From positions 15,335 through 79,334 of the forward strand of contig JAQGDQ010000312.1 of the NCBI GenBank assembly GCA_030141605.1: a stretch of DNA of 64,000 nt, given 5' to 3'. The stretch comes from Tubiluchus corallicola (Eukaryota > Animalia > Priapulida). The notes beneath the pieces are model-generated. The model was not told the origin of the DNA. It saw nothing but the letters and a program-made list of their open reading frames with translations, and made no database searches. Made by a program: the position numbers and the translations under genes. The stretch's first letter is position 1. Every line of letters begins with the position of its first letter. Below, one piece after another: positions 1 to 26,300 of this stretch.

Positions 1-12576
<12,576 letters not shown>

Positions 12577-13689
12577 TTTGCTGTTAGAAGTAGCACACTA
12601 GAACAAAATACGCCTTTCACGCGTGTATTCAATAAAAAGTAATATTTTTGGAACTTTTATCAGTACTCTAGTAACATGATTTACGCCGATTGTCTGTTGC
12701 TAACGTCACCAACGACGCATACATTGTGCTGCCATCGCTTAGTGTAACAGGCAACCAAAATAATTTCCTCTATTCTTATGCAAAGCAGAAGCACATAATT
12801 TTACCAGTGTTGCATGTTTGATTGCAGTGATTAAAGGGCATTGTAAAAAGGTTATATTGGTAGTACGTGGCAAGTTGACATTGGCAACAGCTTTGTGCCT
12901 TTATCACAGATTTGAGTTAATTTTGACTTTGAGCACTTGTCACTCGAGCAGCACTACATGCCACGCATTGTTGATAAAATGGACGTTTATTTACATTTTA
13001 TACGGAGTGCTTCTGCTGTTCTGCTAGCCACTTCCGGATAAGGACAATGTTGGTATATTATTGTTGATTATGGTCAAACAACTTCATTAATTAGTTTTAT
13101 GCTACCAATATGTAATTATTACAGTATCAGCGTAATCATGTGGAGCACAGCAATCCTTCAGACGAACACAAGTCAGAATATTTGAAAAATATGAATGCTT
13201 TTATGAGTGCATGAGTTCTTAAATCTGCTTTCTACAAGTTTTACGGATTTACTAATGATCTAAATGGTCAATAATTGTGAATAATTTGCAAATTATTTGG
13301 ATGTGTATACCACACTAGGCTATAGTAACCAAAAAGCTTTTTCCAATAAATATCAGGTTATAGACTTTTTACATATAAACCTATACAGCAGACACCAGGA
13401 GTCAGCAATCAAGATCACCACCTATTTAGTGAGGATGTACTAACACTTATAATTTAAAAAATAACTCATGACCTTGTTGTAGGTGAAGAGGTGCGTAGTA
13501 GTTCGATGTTAGCCAAGCCAAAACAGAAGCATGGCAAAACCAATTTATGTGACTTTCATCAATGCAATTTTAGCCATTTCATTTGTCCACCACGTTTTGT
13601 CTTGTTTCTATTTCAAAGTTAGAGCAAGGATACTTTAGGGAGAACTGAGTTAGCAAAGGTGATCAGTAGAAAAGAAAGAGATGTAATAA

Positions 13690-13950
13690 TAATAATCTTT
13701 ATTTAAATTTAACTTTTTGAATGAACAATTAACATAAGCTCCAAAGAGCTTTTGGGCAGACTGTAAATTACAGTCTATAGCTACATAACAAAGACTATTA
13801 ATATCCCACTTCTACCCTTATGTACCACGCACCAGACAGGGCAACAGCACGTACCATTTTTAAAGTATTTGGTTATGACGCAAGTATTTGGCTGCAGTAT
13901 CGAACTCACAACCTCTCAGATGGAAAGCGAACGCGTTACTACTAGACTAA
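13690..13950 (-). mobile_element. tRNA-derived SINE
   Basis: Minus-strand B-box-like GTGAGTTCGATAC near 13900, a conserved-looking central block (ccatttttaaagtatttggttatgac on plus) and an AT-rich tail. Confidence 0.5.
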
Positions 13951-15709
13951 ATCATCTGATGGTTAATGACACAAATGGCAAATGCAAAGACTTAATTCGT
14001 GATTACTAAGCAGAGCTTGCGACAAACGTGCTCTGATTTCATACAAGTATAAAGAAAACGGCTTATTATATGGAGTATTATCTATAATATTGAATGAAAA
14101 TAGGGGCTGCTGCAGTTTCACAGTACTTATACAGGAGTCACCACTTATGCATTCGAATCTAATTTCTTGTGAAGACGCCTGTGGCTATTGCAGGGGGCGC
14201 TATGAGAGGACAAAAACCATCACTCCTCGGCAACAATAAATTGATGATGGTTTTGGAAATTTTAGAATAGGCAAAAATAAAGGAGCAAAGAAAACCAAGT
14301 GAACTCTCCAAGCATATACAGCTTTTTAAAGATGTGTAAGAAAATCAGTCATTAATGCCTAACATTTTTCTATTGGTAAAAATTGTCATAATTCATATGA
14401 ACAATCCTGAGCAAACAGATAATGAGATTATGAGTGTTTCATGTTACGTATTATTTAAATTACATTACGGTGATAAAATAGCTGAGTAGACCTAGTGCAT
14501 TGTTAATATTGGCTGAAACGTAAAACAGTGCCATGTTTGGTCAGCAAATTGTAAATAACGCTTTGTAAATGTGATCCAATTGATTACCGATTTTCATCGT
14601 GTTAGATATGCTGGATATTGTGTGGCGATCCAAAGTAAAGAAACGCAACTATAATAAAGTGATTTTTGCATATTGCCACATGATCTTTAGAATTCTTTAC
14701 CAGTTATCTTTATTTTTGGTTACATAGTTTGATAGATCTGTTAGAAAAATTGCATCTAGGCCTGTCTGGTACTGGGAACGTTACCAGTAACCACTACTTT
14801 TGTTAACAGGTAGGCAACAAGCAGCTTCCGTAGAACAGTATTGTATCTTGCACTATATATCTAGATAAGCACCTAGGGTACTTGCACTGGCCATTATCCC
14901 TCCAAACTCTCCATGGGGAAAAACCGAAATTTGTGCTCTGTAGTAAACATGCGTAGACATTACCATCACAAGCCTAGGCCTAAAGAAATGACAGAAATAG
15001 CTATTTGAAATTTTTAGGTGTTACCCCCAAGAAAAAAGTCAAGAAAAACTCCAGCTCTGGATGATATTGATAACTAATTAATGATATCGTTAGTTACCAG
15101 TTGATTTGAGAATAGTGTTGAACTCCATTACTGCCTCGGTAGCTTCCTAATGTATATACCAACGAGATCCGATCAAGACCGGATTGCTCATTATGAAGGC
15201 TCAGCTCTTTTTGTGAAGTGTGTACAACAAAAACAAGAAAAACAATGTGAATAACTACTCCGTGCTGGACCTACGACAGGCACGAACACATCTGGCTTCA
15301 TACTGGACCTAAGACCAGCACAAACACCCCTGGCTCTTTCTCTCGTTGATGGATGATGTACATACATCCAAATGCGGGTGGCGCCGACACTTCTGCTAGT
15401 TCAGTATCTCAAAAGATTATTCTTCATAATCAGACAAGATTGCAGTGCAGCCACAACCATCAACATAAGTAGGCCATGCCTTTCAGTGCTAGTTTAATGA
15501 TAGCTTGTCAACAACATAAAAATTTGACAAAACGTCTGATATATTTCTAATTCAAATCCAATAATAAAGTATTCTTAGTCCAACATATTTGACTTATATT
15601 ATTACTTGTAAAATATCATGTGAATGTGCAATGCACCACAATATTACAAAACAAAATGTACTTTTACATAAATACAATAGAAGTAAAAACGTGTAAAAAA
15701 TTCCCATTT

Positions 15710-16315
15710 TCACACAACATCTTTCACTGCCGGAGGCCTGTGAATGTTTCGTTTAACACAATTCATCATCCAACTTATCCCTTCGTTAACACCATCACCT
15801 ATTAGTGCCGAAACAGGCATCACTAAGCAATCTCTGTGTCCGATCACCTCGGGACTGCTGTTAAACGCCGATTTTATTTCACTTATAGTCATACAATTGT
15901 CTAAATCTTGTTTATTTGCCAACACAAGAAGCGGAACTCCGCTTAGAGCTTCGTTCCCAATCATCTGATGGAATGCGTTTTTGGATTCATCAATTCTCTC
16001 CCTGTCCGTCGCATCAATCACGTATATTATCCCGTGAGACTCTGCGTAATATTTATCCCAGAGGACTTGCAACTCCTCCTGACCTCCGAGATCCCAGAAA
16101 TTCAGACGAACCGAACCGATATCAACTTTACCAATGTTCAGTCCAACCGTGCTGGTAATCTTATTCATATTTGTGCCTTTGTAGTTCTTGTTAAATTTCG
16201 TTTTGGTCTGTTCCAGGAATGTAGTCTTTCCGGCATTGTCCAGGCCGAGTATGAGGACGCAATACTCGTCCTTCTGAACTGCCCACTTATAGAAGCCAGA
16301 AAGCAGAGTGTACAT
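15710..16315 (-). CDS. ARFRP1: ADP-ribosylation factor-related protein 1; intronless CDS, 201 aa
   Basis: MYTLLSGFYKW N-terminus (Tyr2, no myristoylation Gly), GLDNAGKT P-loop, ITSTVGLNIG, WDLGGQEELQ, NKQD, SAL, C-terminal RNIHRPP. Candidate 5'UTR acceptor at 16410. Confidence 0.96.
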   Translation of the reverse strand: MYTLLSGFYKWAVQKDEYCVLILGLDNAGKTTFLEQTKTKFNKNYKGTNMNKITSTVGLNIGKVDIGSVRLNFWDLGGQEELQVLWDKYYAESHGIIYVIDATDRERIDESKNAFHQMIGNEALSGVPLLVLANKQDLDNCMTISEIKSAFNSSPEVIGHRDCLVMPVSALIGDGVNEGISWMMNCVKRNIHRPPAVKDVV

Positions 16316-16527
16316 TGTGCAAAGTTTTGCTGCTCTTGTTTTATAGTTTAGAAGCTTATGACAGTGGGTGCATTTACAATTCGTCAGACACTTATTTGGA
16401 TTCCATTATCTAAAACACAAATACGGAAAAATATTTAAACATTTTCAAGTATCGTATTTGGAATAAATTAAAAAAACAACCATATAAGAAGTAAACAAAA
16501 AAGAAGCAAATCTGAACTTTACAGTAC

Positions 16528-16783
16528 AGTCAAACCTCTTTAAGCAATTTTGCCATTATAATGAGGTGCATTAATACATCTAGGCAAGTTTTATATAGAC
16601 ATTTTGGTTTGCCAAAAATATGGGCACTGAGCGAGGTTGGCATTATATTGGTGGCATTATAACGAGATTTCACTGTGTATCATTATAATCATTTATGTAA
16701 ACACAGAACTTTGGTTTTGCCAAAAATATGGGTGCCAAATGAGGTTGACATTATAATGGGTTCATTACAACGAAGTTTGACTG
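16528..16783. mobile_element. Small Tc1/mariner-type MITE remnant with internal duplication
   Basis: Starts ta|cagtcaaacctc and ends gaagtttgactg; contains repeated tttggtttgccaaaaatatggg blocks. Confidence 0.45.
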
Positions 16784-19700
16784 CATAAATATAAATGAAT
16801 TGCAAGCTATTTTAAACAATCGTGACATGATACAGCACCTGCAGGATGCGATATAACACAAGAATTTGAAAGCACTTTACAGTGAGCAACCATGGTTCGA
16901 GGAATTGCAGAAAAGGCCGTTTGTAGCCACTTATACCAAACGGTTACAGTCAGATCTAGAGAAAAACAGAATTTTCACAAATAATTTATAAGCCTACATC
17001 ATTTTTGAAATAGACAGCAACTTGGACAGATAGCATTCAGAGACTCCAAAGACTTGGAAACCTGAAACATGAAGGTCCCAACAATATCGAAGAAATTTGA
17101 CTGTCTGAATGTTCATGCTCAAAAGAAGCTCTAAGTCTTTAACATAGAAAAGTGTCTCCTCAGGGGCAAGAAAACAAACTCCATTTCCCCTTTCAAAAGG
17201 TAAGCAACTATAATAAAGTCCACAAGGGACTGTCATATTCAATACTCACGACATAAAGTTCATGTAAGGGCGCAAAACACATGAAATGACTGACACAAAG
17301 CTACCACCTTGACACTAAGATCTGCTATGATGCGGTAATTAGGCAGTGATTGACTATCAGTGTAAGAACACTAACACAGTATGATGTTGTGGTGCAATTA
17401 ATGTTAGCCTTATCTGCACAGCAGTGCAGTGTAGTCTATAACATAATTGAAATGTTATGAATTTTTAATTTGTTATAACGTTACAGGGGCCGAAGTTCGT
17501 AAATACAGACATTTCCTCTACAGATCACCCTAGAGAAAGCCAGTGGCCGCTCAGTAAAAGAGGTTACAATGAGAAAGTGAAAACGTGAGAACAAATAGAA
17601 CTTTAATAAATGTTGGCAAAATGTTTGTGATGGAAGGTATCAGTAGATGCAAGAGAAGTAAATTCCATTCAGTTTTATTTGCACAAATACATACAATGTA
17701 CATTGGCAAAGCAATACACGTTAAATACTACATAAACCGAAAAAAATTCAATAGGATGCGTGTAAAGTTATTTTCATAGACAAATATTAAGACAAACGTT
17801 TCTATACAAGCAAGCGTACTATACAACGTGCTATACAAACTACATTAAATGAAATACCAATTTAACATTCACCAACATCTACAGCTGCCATGTTGTGTTT
17901 ACTAGTTGCCTTTACCGATTTCGCATGAACATGACACTGCAGTAAATATTGATTACGTTCAATTCTATCTTGTTTGTTTAAAATCGCCTCTAATTGAAAC
18001 CGGCAACAAAAGTAATCCTTAAAACCTTGCAAAAAACCACCTAGTAAACCTAAACCAACTTGTATAGCTAAGATAAATAAAGATGTTTAACAATTTCAAC
18101 CAAATCTATCTTTAGGAGTCGAAGAACTTACACTGTTAGCTGCAGATAGAAGTGTGTGGAATACTCGAATAAAGTAAGTATCTTTATTTAATCACCTTTT
18201 TTGCAAGAAAAACACAGAGCATGAAACGATAATATGGTACAAAGTGACAAAATTATTAAATGAATAAATTAGCTGAGTTATTGATATTCAAGTGGTTGGT
18301 AAAAGGGTGGCGAAAAACTAAAAGTTACCAAAGTCAACCACCCTGTAAGTAATGTTGCTATTAGTAATTAATTATAATCGCAATTATCTTGACGAAGATT
18401 TCAGAATAAGGTGTGCTAAATGGAGCATAAAGTTTACATATGGAAGTTAACCAAGTTGCTTAAGTATGTAAAGGAATGTTGAGTGTACTAAATTAAAACT
18501 ATTGAGATTTAGAATTAAATTTGAACATACATCAAGGACATAATAAATACGTATAATGTTGATATGCCAAGCAATGCACATACAGATGTGTAGATTTACG
18601 CAGACAGAATTGCCTTACCTGTCAACTTTCATTTACATGTTAGTAAATGATGGATAGTAAAAGGTGGATACCTCAATGCCTACAACAGGTGGAACGAGTT
18701 TTGAAAAACAAATTGAATGTTAAAAATAATAGTTAATTATACACTGATTATAATCATTTTTTATTGTAAAACAAGTCAATAAAGTAAATAACAAATGGTA
18801 TTCCAAGTGAAAAAATGTAAAGACATGTAAAGTATGTGTGTTTTTACTCTAAACATGGGCTTGATAATAAGGGTGAGCAAACTGAGCATTTTCTATCAGA
18901 AACCGAATTTGAATTTTGAATTTTTCAATTTCGAACTCGAATCAGACCGATTTTCAAAATCCTAATCACTTCTAATACAAATGAAAAACGGATTTGCAAA
19001 AGCCATGCATATTGCTTGATTTTTTTCTGCAGCAAAATGTATTTCTGAAATTATAGTTCCAAACCCGAACGTTTGATGCAGACTCTCCTCATCTAATTTC
19101 TATTATTGGCTTTTTTTTCTTCCACGAAAACACCAGCCATGGACCATGGTCATTTGAACTGTGCACAAAGTACTAAATTACACTTACACAAGCCATAATC
19201 CCTAGCGCGAAGTACCAACATTTTTACGAAGACGTGTTTTGTGAATCTGCGCGTAGCGGTAAAATGTTCGTGCGCACAAACTTACAAAGAAAATAGTTTG
19301 TAAGAACTTTAGTGAACCAGGCCAATTTCCAAATCATAAACTCCAAAAACGCCAAACAAACCTTTGACTTTGAAAATCTTCTTAGTTCTAGATAATAATA
19401 CTTTCCTGAAAAGTAATTCATTACGATTAAAAATCTGCGATTTCTCGTAGATTATAGAAATAGACATAGACATAGACATTTTTATTTATCTCCTCAATTA
19501 CACCATAGTATACAAATTGATTATTATTTTTATAGTTATTGATTAAAAAGGATAAATTAAACATAAAGGAAAGGGTTAGGGGGGTGCAGGAGAAAGGGTA
19601 GCGAAAGACCAATTGGTGATCGAGTCAGCTACCAATTTGTTGTTCAACCATAAAAGCTTTAAAATACATTTTTGTTTAAGGGAACATACAGGAGTGTGAC

Positions 19701-20309
19701 AAAAAATCTATGATGGAATCACGGATGAAGAGCTTATCTGTTTCAATGCAGAGGTTGAGGTCAAGAGCAAGGAAGAGGAGTAGACGACTAAGAACAGCAA
19801 CACTCATCCGAGGAATACGATTAACTAGCCCCATCACTCAGCCGAATTCAAATTTAGGAATAGGAATACATTACTGTTAGTTGTCTATAATATGTGATAC
19901 AAAGCTCACTAATTCTCATGTGATACAAAGGTTCGTAGAAGGGATTAGTTTGTCAAATTCAGAATTTTAACATGATAGTGACAATGATTCGTGTATGATA
20001 CAAGAAAAGTCTTAGAAAATGAATCGGAAGTAAGTAATTTTTTAGTTTAGGAAAATTGGGATTGCATATACAGTGTACTAAAACATAGAACCCTACAGTG
20101 AGTGAGAGAGTGAGTGAGTGTAAATTTGTATTATGGAAAATAAAATTTAATAAATGAGTAAACAAACAGTAGTAATATATTAAAAAGCAAACAAACAATA
20201 TTTGAGCAAACAAACAGTAGTAAAATATTAAAAAGAAAACAAGCAATATTAGCGTATTATCATTAATTAACTCCTTGGGGAGTCCTTCACTCCCTAAAAC
20301 ACAAAAATG

Positions 20310-23300
20310 CTCTTCCAATAAGTTCTCTTCCTGGGTTGCCCAGGGTCACATTTATTTCAAATTAAGGTCTGGAAAAGCCAGTCTCTTGCGTTCTCCAATA
20401 TATCTTCTAAACCCTCCCTGTCCTTCTCGAAATCTACACGGAAAAGGCAGTCTCTTGCGCTCTCCAATATATCTTCTAAATCTTCCCTTTTCTTCTCGAA
20501 ATATACACCACAATCACCAGTAATAAACACGTTATATGCCCATCTCATTTCATCATTGTTCCTTTTCAGTCTAAATCGGCCGAATAATCGACAATCGATT
20601 ATCTACACAATCGTCGAATCTGTATACGGTTCCCAGTCCCATCTTCGTCCTGGTCTGACAATGGCAGCTACTCTGGTCTTCAACTGGTTAAAGACATAGG
20701 GCTGAGGTAGCTGCCCAGAGTCCTCTTCATTTGTAGCATCTGCACAATCGTCGAATCGGTATACGATGTCCCGGTCCCGTCTTCGTCCTAGTCTGACAAT
20801 GGCAGCTACTCTGGTCTTCAGTTGGTTGAAGACATGTGGCTGAGATGGCTACCCAGAGTCCTCTTCATTCGTAGCATCTACATAATCGTCGAATCTGCAT
20901 GCGATGTCCCGGTCCCTTCTTCGTCCTGGTCTGACAATGGCAGCTACTCTGGTCTTCAACTGATTAAAGACATAGGGCTGAGCTGGCTGTCCAGAGTCCT
21001 CTTCATTCGTAGCATCTACACAATCGTCGAATCTGTATACGATGTCCCAGTCCCTTTTTTGTCCTAGTCGGACAATGGCAGCTACTCTGATCTTCAGTTG
21101 GTTGAAGACATGTGGCTGAGATGGCTGCCCAGAGTCCTCTTCGTTCATAGCATCTACACAATCGTCGTATTTGTGTCCTGGTCCCGTCTTCGTCCTGGTC
21201 TGACAATGACAGCTACTCGGATCTTCAACTGGCTGAAGACATGGGGCTGAGCTGGCTGCACATCATCTTCATTCATAGCATGTTCAACTCTGTCGCTTGA
21301 TTTTTACACGATGTCTGCCCATCGTTTGACATCATCATTCCTTCCAAGTCTGCATCTGAAAATATCAGCTACCCTCGTCTTCATCCGTTTGAAGATGTGC
21401 GGTTGATCAGGCACATCATCATCACTTTCATTCTCATCATTGCTTTCATTTCCAAGTTTTTTTTTTAAATTTGCTGAGGAGTCGAAAGTCTTGTGGGTGA
21501 GTGTGAGAGATCAGTTTCTGTTATTTTAAGGCACATCTGTCAGTTCTAACTCCAAATTTTTTGCATGCTTGATGGTAATATCGTTTGACTTTTGACACAT
21601 TTTCATATCTTAATCATTTCCTTCTGATCTTTGATTACTGATATTGTCTATATGAATCACTGACTATATCGCTGTTGCGTTACACGTACTTCTAACTGCA
21701 TGTGGTGATAGAATTTGAACTTGCTGCATGTAAATTTGTATGTTATACCATTAAAAAAATTGAAAATTAAAGTAAAGAAATAAATTATAATACTCTTCCA
21801 ATAAGTTCTCTTCCTGGGTTGCTCAGGATCACATTTATTTTAAATTAAGGTCTGGAAAAGCCAGTCTCTTGCGCTTTCCAGTACATCTTCCAGTTCTTCC
21901 CTTTCCTTCTCGAAATCTACACCACAATCACCAGTAATAAACACAATATCTGTCCATCTCGTTTTATCATTGTTCCTTTTCAGTCTAAATCGGCTGAATA
22001 ATCCACAATCGATTCTTCGTCTCTTTAGTCGTGTGAAGACATGTGGCTGAGCTGGCTGCCCAGAGTCCTCTTCATTTGTAGCATCTGCACAATCGTCGAA
22101 TCGGTATACGATGTCCCGGTCCCGTCTTCGTCCTGGTCTGACAATGGCAGCTACTCTGGTCTTCAGTTGGTTGAAGACATAGGGCTGAGCTGGCTGTCCA
22201 GAGTCCTCTTCATTCGTAGCATCTACACAATCGTCGAATCTGTATACGATGTCCCAGTCCCTTTTTTGTCCTAGTCTGACAATGGCAGCTACTCTGGTCT
22301 TCAGTTGGTTGAAGACATAGGGCTGAGCTGGCTGTCCAGAGTCCTCTTCATTCGTAGCATCTACACAATCGTTGAATCTGTATACGATGTCCCAGTCCCT
22401 TTTTTGTCCTAGTCGGACAATGGCAGCTACTCTGATCTTCAGTTGGTTGAAGACATGTGGCTGAGCTGGCTGCCCAGAGTCCTCTTCGTTCATAGCATCT
22501 ACACAATCGTCGTATTTGTGTCCTGGTCCCGTCTTCGTCCTGGTCTGACAATGACAGCTACTCGGATCTTCAACTGGCTGAAGACATGGAGCTGAGCTGG
22601 CTGCACATCATCTTCATTCATAGCATGTTCAACTCTGTCGCTTGATTTGTACACGATGTCTGCCCATCGTTTGACATCATCATTCCTTCCAAGTCTGCAT
22701 CTGAAAATATCAGCTACCCTCGTCTTCATCCGTTTGAAGATGTGCGGTTGATCAGGCACATCATCATCACTTTCATTCTCATCATTGCTTTCATTTCTAA
22801 GTTTTTTTTTAAATTTGCTGAGGAGTCGAAAGTCTTGTGGGTGAGTGTGAGAGATCAGTTTCTGTTATTTTAAGGTGCATCTGTCAGTTCTAACTCCAAA
22901 TTTTTTGCATGCTTGATGGTAATATCGTTTGACTTTTGACACATTTTCATATCTTAATCATTTCCTTCTGATCTTTGATTACTGATATTGTCTATATGAA
23001 TCACTGACTATATTGCTGTTGCGTTACACGTACTTCTAACTGCATGTGGTGATAGAATTTGAACTTGCTGCATCTAAATTTGTATGTTATACCATTAAAA
23101 AAATTGAAAATTAAAGTAAAGAAATAAATTATAATACTCTTCCAATAAGTTCTCTTCCTGGGTTGCTCAGGATCACATTTATTTTAAATTAAGGTCTGGA
23201 AAAGCCAGTCTCTTGCGCTTTCCAGTACATCTTCCAGTTCTTCCCTTTCCTTCTCGAAATCTACACCACAATCACCAGTAATAAACACAATATCTGTCCA

Positions 23301-26300
23301 TCTCGTTTTATCATTGTTCCTTTTCAGTCTAAATCGGCTGAATAATCCACAATCGATTCTTCGTCTCTTTAGTCGTGTGAAGACATGTGGCTGAAATGGC
23401 TTCACAGGTTCAAGTTCATTCTTAGCATCTACACAGTCGTCGAATCGGTATACGATGTCCCGGTCCCTTCTTCGTCCTAGTCTGACAATGGCAGCTACTC
23501 TGGTCTTCAGTTGGTTGAAGACATGGGGCTGAGCTGGCTGCACAGAGTCTTCTTCATTCATAGCATCTACACAATCATCGTATTTGTATACTGTTCCCAG
23601 TCCCGTCTTCGTCCTGGTCTGACAATGGCAGCTACTCTGGTCTTCAGTTGGTTGAAGACATGTGGCTGAGCTGGCTGCCCTGAGCCCTCTTCATTCGTAG
23701 CATCTGCACAATCGTCGAATCGGTATACGATGTCCCGGTCCCGTCTTCGTCCTAGTCTGACAATGGCAGCTACTCTGGTCTTCAGTTGGTTGAAGACATG
23801 TGGCTGAGCTGGCTGCCCAGAGTCCTCTTCATTTGTAGCATCTGCACAATCGTCGAATCGGTATACGATGTCCCGGTCCCGTCTTCGTCCTGGTCTGACA
23901 ATGGCAGCTACTCTGGTCTTCAGTTGGTTGAAGACATAGGGCTGAGCTGGCTGTCCAGAGTCCTCTTCATTCGTAGCATCTACACAATCGTCGAATCTGT
24001 ATACGATGTCCCAGTCCCTTTTTTGTCCTAGTCGGACAATGGCAGCTACTCTGATCTTCAGTTGGTTGAAGACATGTGGCTGAGATGGCTGCCCAGAGTC
24101 CTCTTCATTCGTAGCATCTACATAATCGTTGAATCTGTATATGGTGTTCTGGTCCCCTTTTCGTCCTTGTCTGACAATGCCAGCTACTCTGGTCTTCAGT
24201 TGGTTGAAGACATGTGGCTGAGCTGGCTGCCCTGAGCCCTCTTCATTCGTAGCATCTGCACAATCGTCGTATGTGTCCTGGTCCCGTCTTCGTCCTGGTC
24301 TGACTATGACAGCTACTCGGATCTTCAACTGGCTGAAGACATGGAGCTGAGCTGGCTGCACATCATCTTCATTCATAGCATGTTCAACTCTGTCGCTTGA
24401 TTTGTACACGATGTCTGCCCATCGTTTGACATCATCATTCCTTCCAAGTCTGCATCTGAAAATATCAGCTACCCTCGTCTTCATCCGTTTGAAGATATGC
24501 GGTTGATCAGGCACATCATCATCACTTTCATTCTCATCATTGCTTTCATTTCTAAGTTTTTTTTTAAATTTGCTGAGGAGTCGAAAGTCTTGTGGGTGAG
24601 TGTGAGAGATCAGTTTCTGTTATTTTAAGGCGCATCTGTCAGTTCTAACTCCAAATTTTTTGCATGCTTGATGGTAATATCGTTTGACTTTTGACACATT
24701 TTCATATCTTAATCATTTCCTTCTGATCTTTGATTACTGATATTGTCTATATGAATCACTGACTATATCGCTGTTGCATTACACGTACTTCTAACTGCAT
24801 GTGGTGATAGAATTTGAACTTGCTGCATGTAAATTTGTATGTTATACCATTAAAAAAATTGAAAATTAAAGTAAAGAAATAAATTATAATACTCTTCCAA
24901 TAAGTTATCTTCCTGGGTTGCTCAGGATCACATTTATTTTAAATTAAGGTCTGGAAAAGCCAGTCTCTTGCGCTTTCCAGTACATCTTCCAGTTCTTCCC
25001 TTTCCTTCTCGAAATCTACACCACAATCACCAGTAATAAACACAATATCTGTCCATCTCGTTTTATCATTGTTCCTTTTCAGTCTAAATCGGCTGAATAA
25101 TCCACAATCGATTCTTCGTCTCTTTAGTCGTGTGAAGACATGTGGCTGAAATGGCTTCACAGGTTCAAGTTCATTCTTAGCATCTACACAGTCGTCGAAT
25201 CTGCATACAATGTCCCGGTCCCTTCTTTGTCTTGGTCTGACAATAGCAGCTACTCTGGTCTTCAACTGGTTGAAGACATGGGGCTGAGCTGGCTGCACAG
25301 AGTCTCCTTCATTCATAACATCTACGCAATCATTGTATTTGTATACAGTTCCCAGTCCCATCTTCGTCCTGGTCTGACAATGGCAGCTACTCTGGTCTTC
25401 AACTAGTTGAAGACATGAGGCTGAGCTGGCTGTCCAGAGTCCTCTTCATTCGTAGCATCTATACAATCGTTGAATTCGTATACGATGTCCCAGTCCCTTT
25501 TTTGTCCTAGTCGGACAATGGCAGCTACTCTGGTCTTCAGTTAGTTGAAGACATGTGGCTGAGATGGCTGCCCAGAATCCTCTTCATTCGTAGCATCTAC
25601 ATAATCGTTGAATCTGTATATGGTGTTCTGGTCCCTTTTTCGTCCTTGTCTGACAATGCCAGCTACTCTGGTCTTCAGTTGGTTGAAGACATGTGGCTGA
25701 GCTGGCTGCCCTGAGCCCTCTTCATTCGTAGCATCTGCACAATCGTCGAATTGGTATACGATGTCCCGGTCCCTTCTTCGTCCTAGTTTGACAATGGCAG
25801 CTACTCTGGTCTTCAGTTGGTTGAAGACATGTGGTTGAGCTGGCTGACCAGAGTCCTCTTCATTCGTAGCATCTACATAATCGTTGAATCTGTAAACGAT
25901 GTTGCAGTTTCTTCTTCGTCCTGGTCTGACAATGGCAGCTACTCTGGTCTTCAACTGGTTAAAGACATAGGGCTGAGCTGGCTGCACAGAGTCTTCTTCA
26001 TTCATAGCATCTACACAATCATCGTATTTGTATACGATGTCCCGGTCCCTTCTTCGTCCTAGTCTGACAATGGCAGCTACTCTGGTCTTTAGCTGGTTGA
26101 AGGCATGTGGCTGAGCTGCCTGTACATCATCTTCAACACTGTCGTTGGATTTGTACATGACGTCTGCCCATCTTTTGACATCATCATTCCTTCCCTGTCT
26201 GCATCTGAAAATACTAGCTACCCTCGTGTTCATCCATTTGAAGATGTGAATCGGATTCCTTCTCAGTCAAGGCCTGACATGGTCAGTAACTCTTTTCCTC

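Noticed and set aside
12660-12760. RFX X-box motifs in the KATNAL2 promoter (gttgctaac, aggcaac)
   Set aside because: Only half-site matches; plausible for a ciliary gene but not distinguishable from chance by eye.
16994-17242. 82-aa ORF upstream of ARFRP1
   Set aside because: Non-ATG start, no recognisable homology, and no clear splice signals.
18170-19900. Possible degenerate CR1/L2 3' ends and a MITE end shared with ~44010-44087
   Set aside because: Too decayed to assign family or boundaries without alignment.
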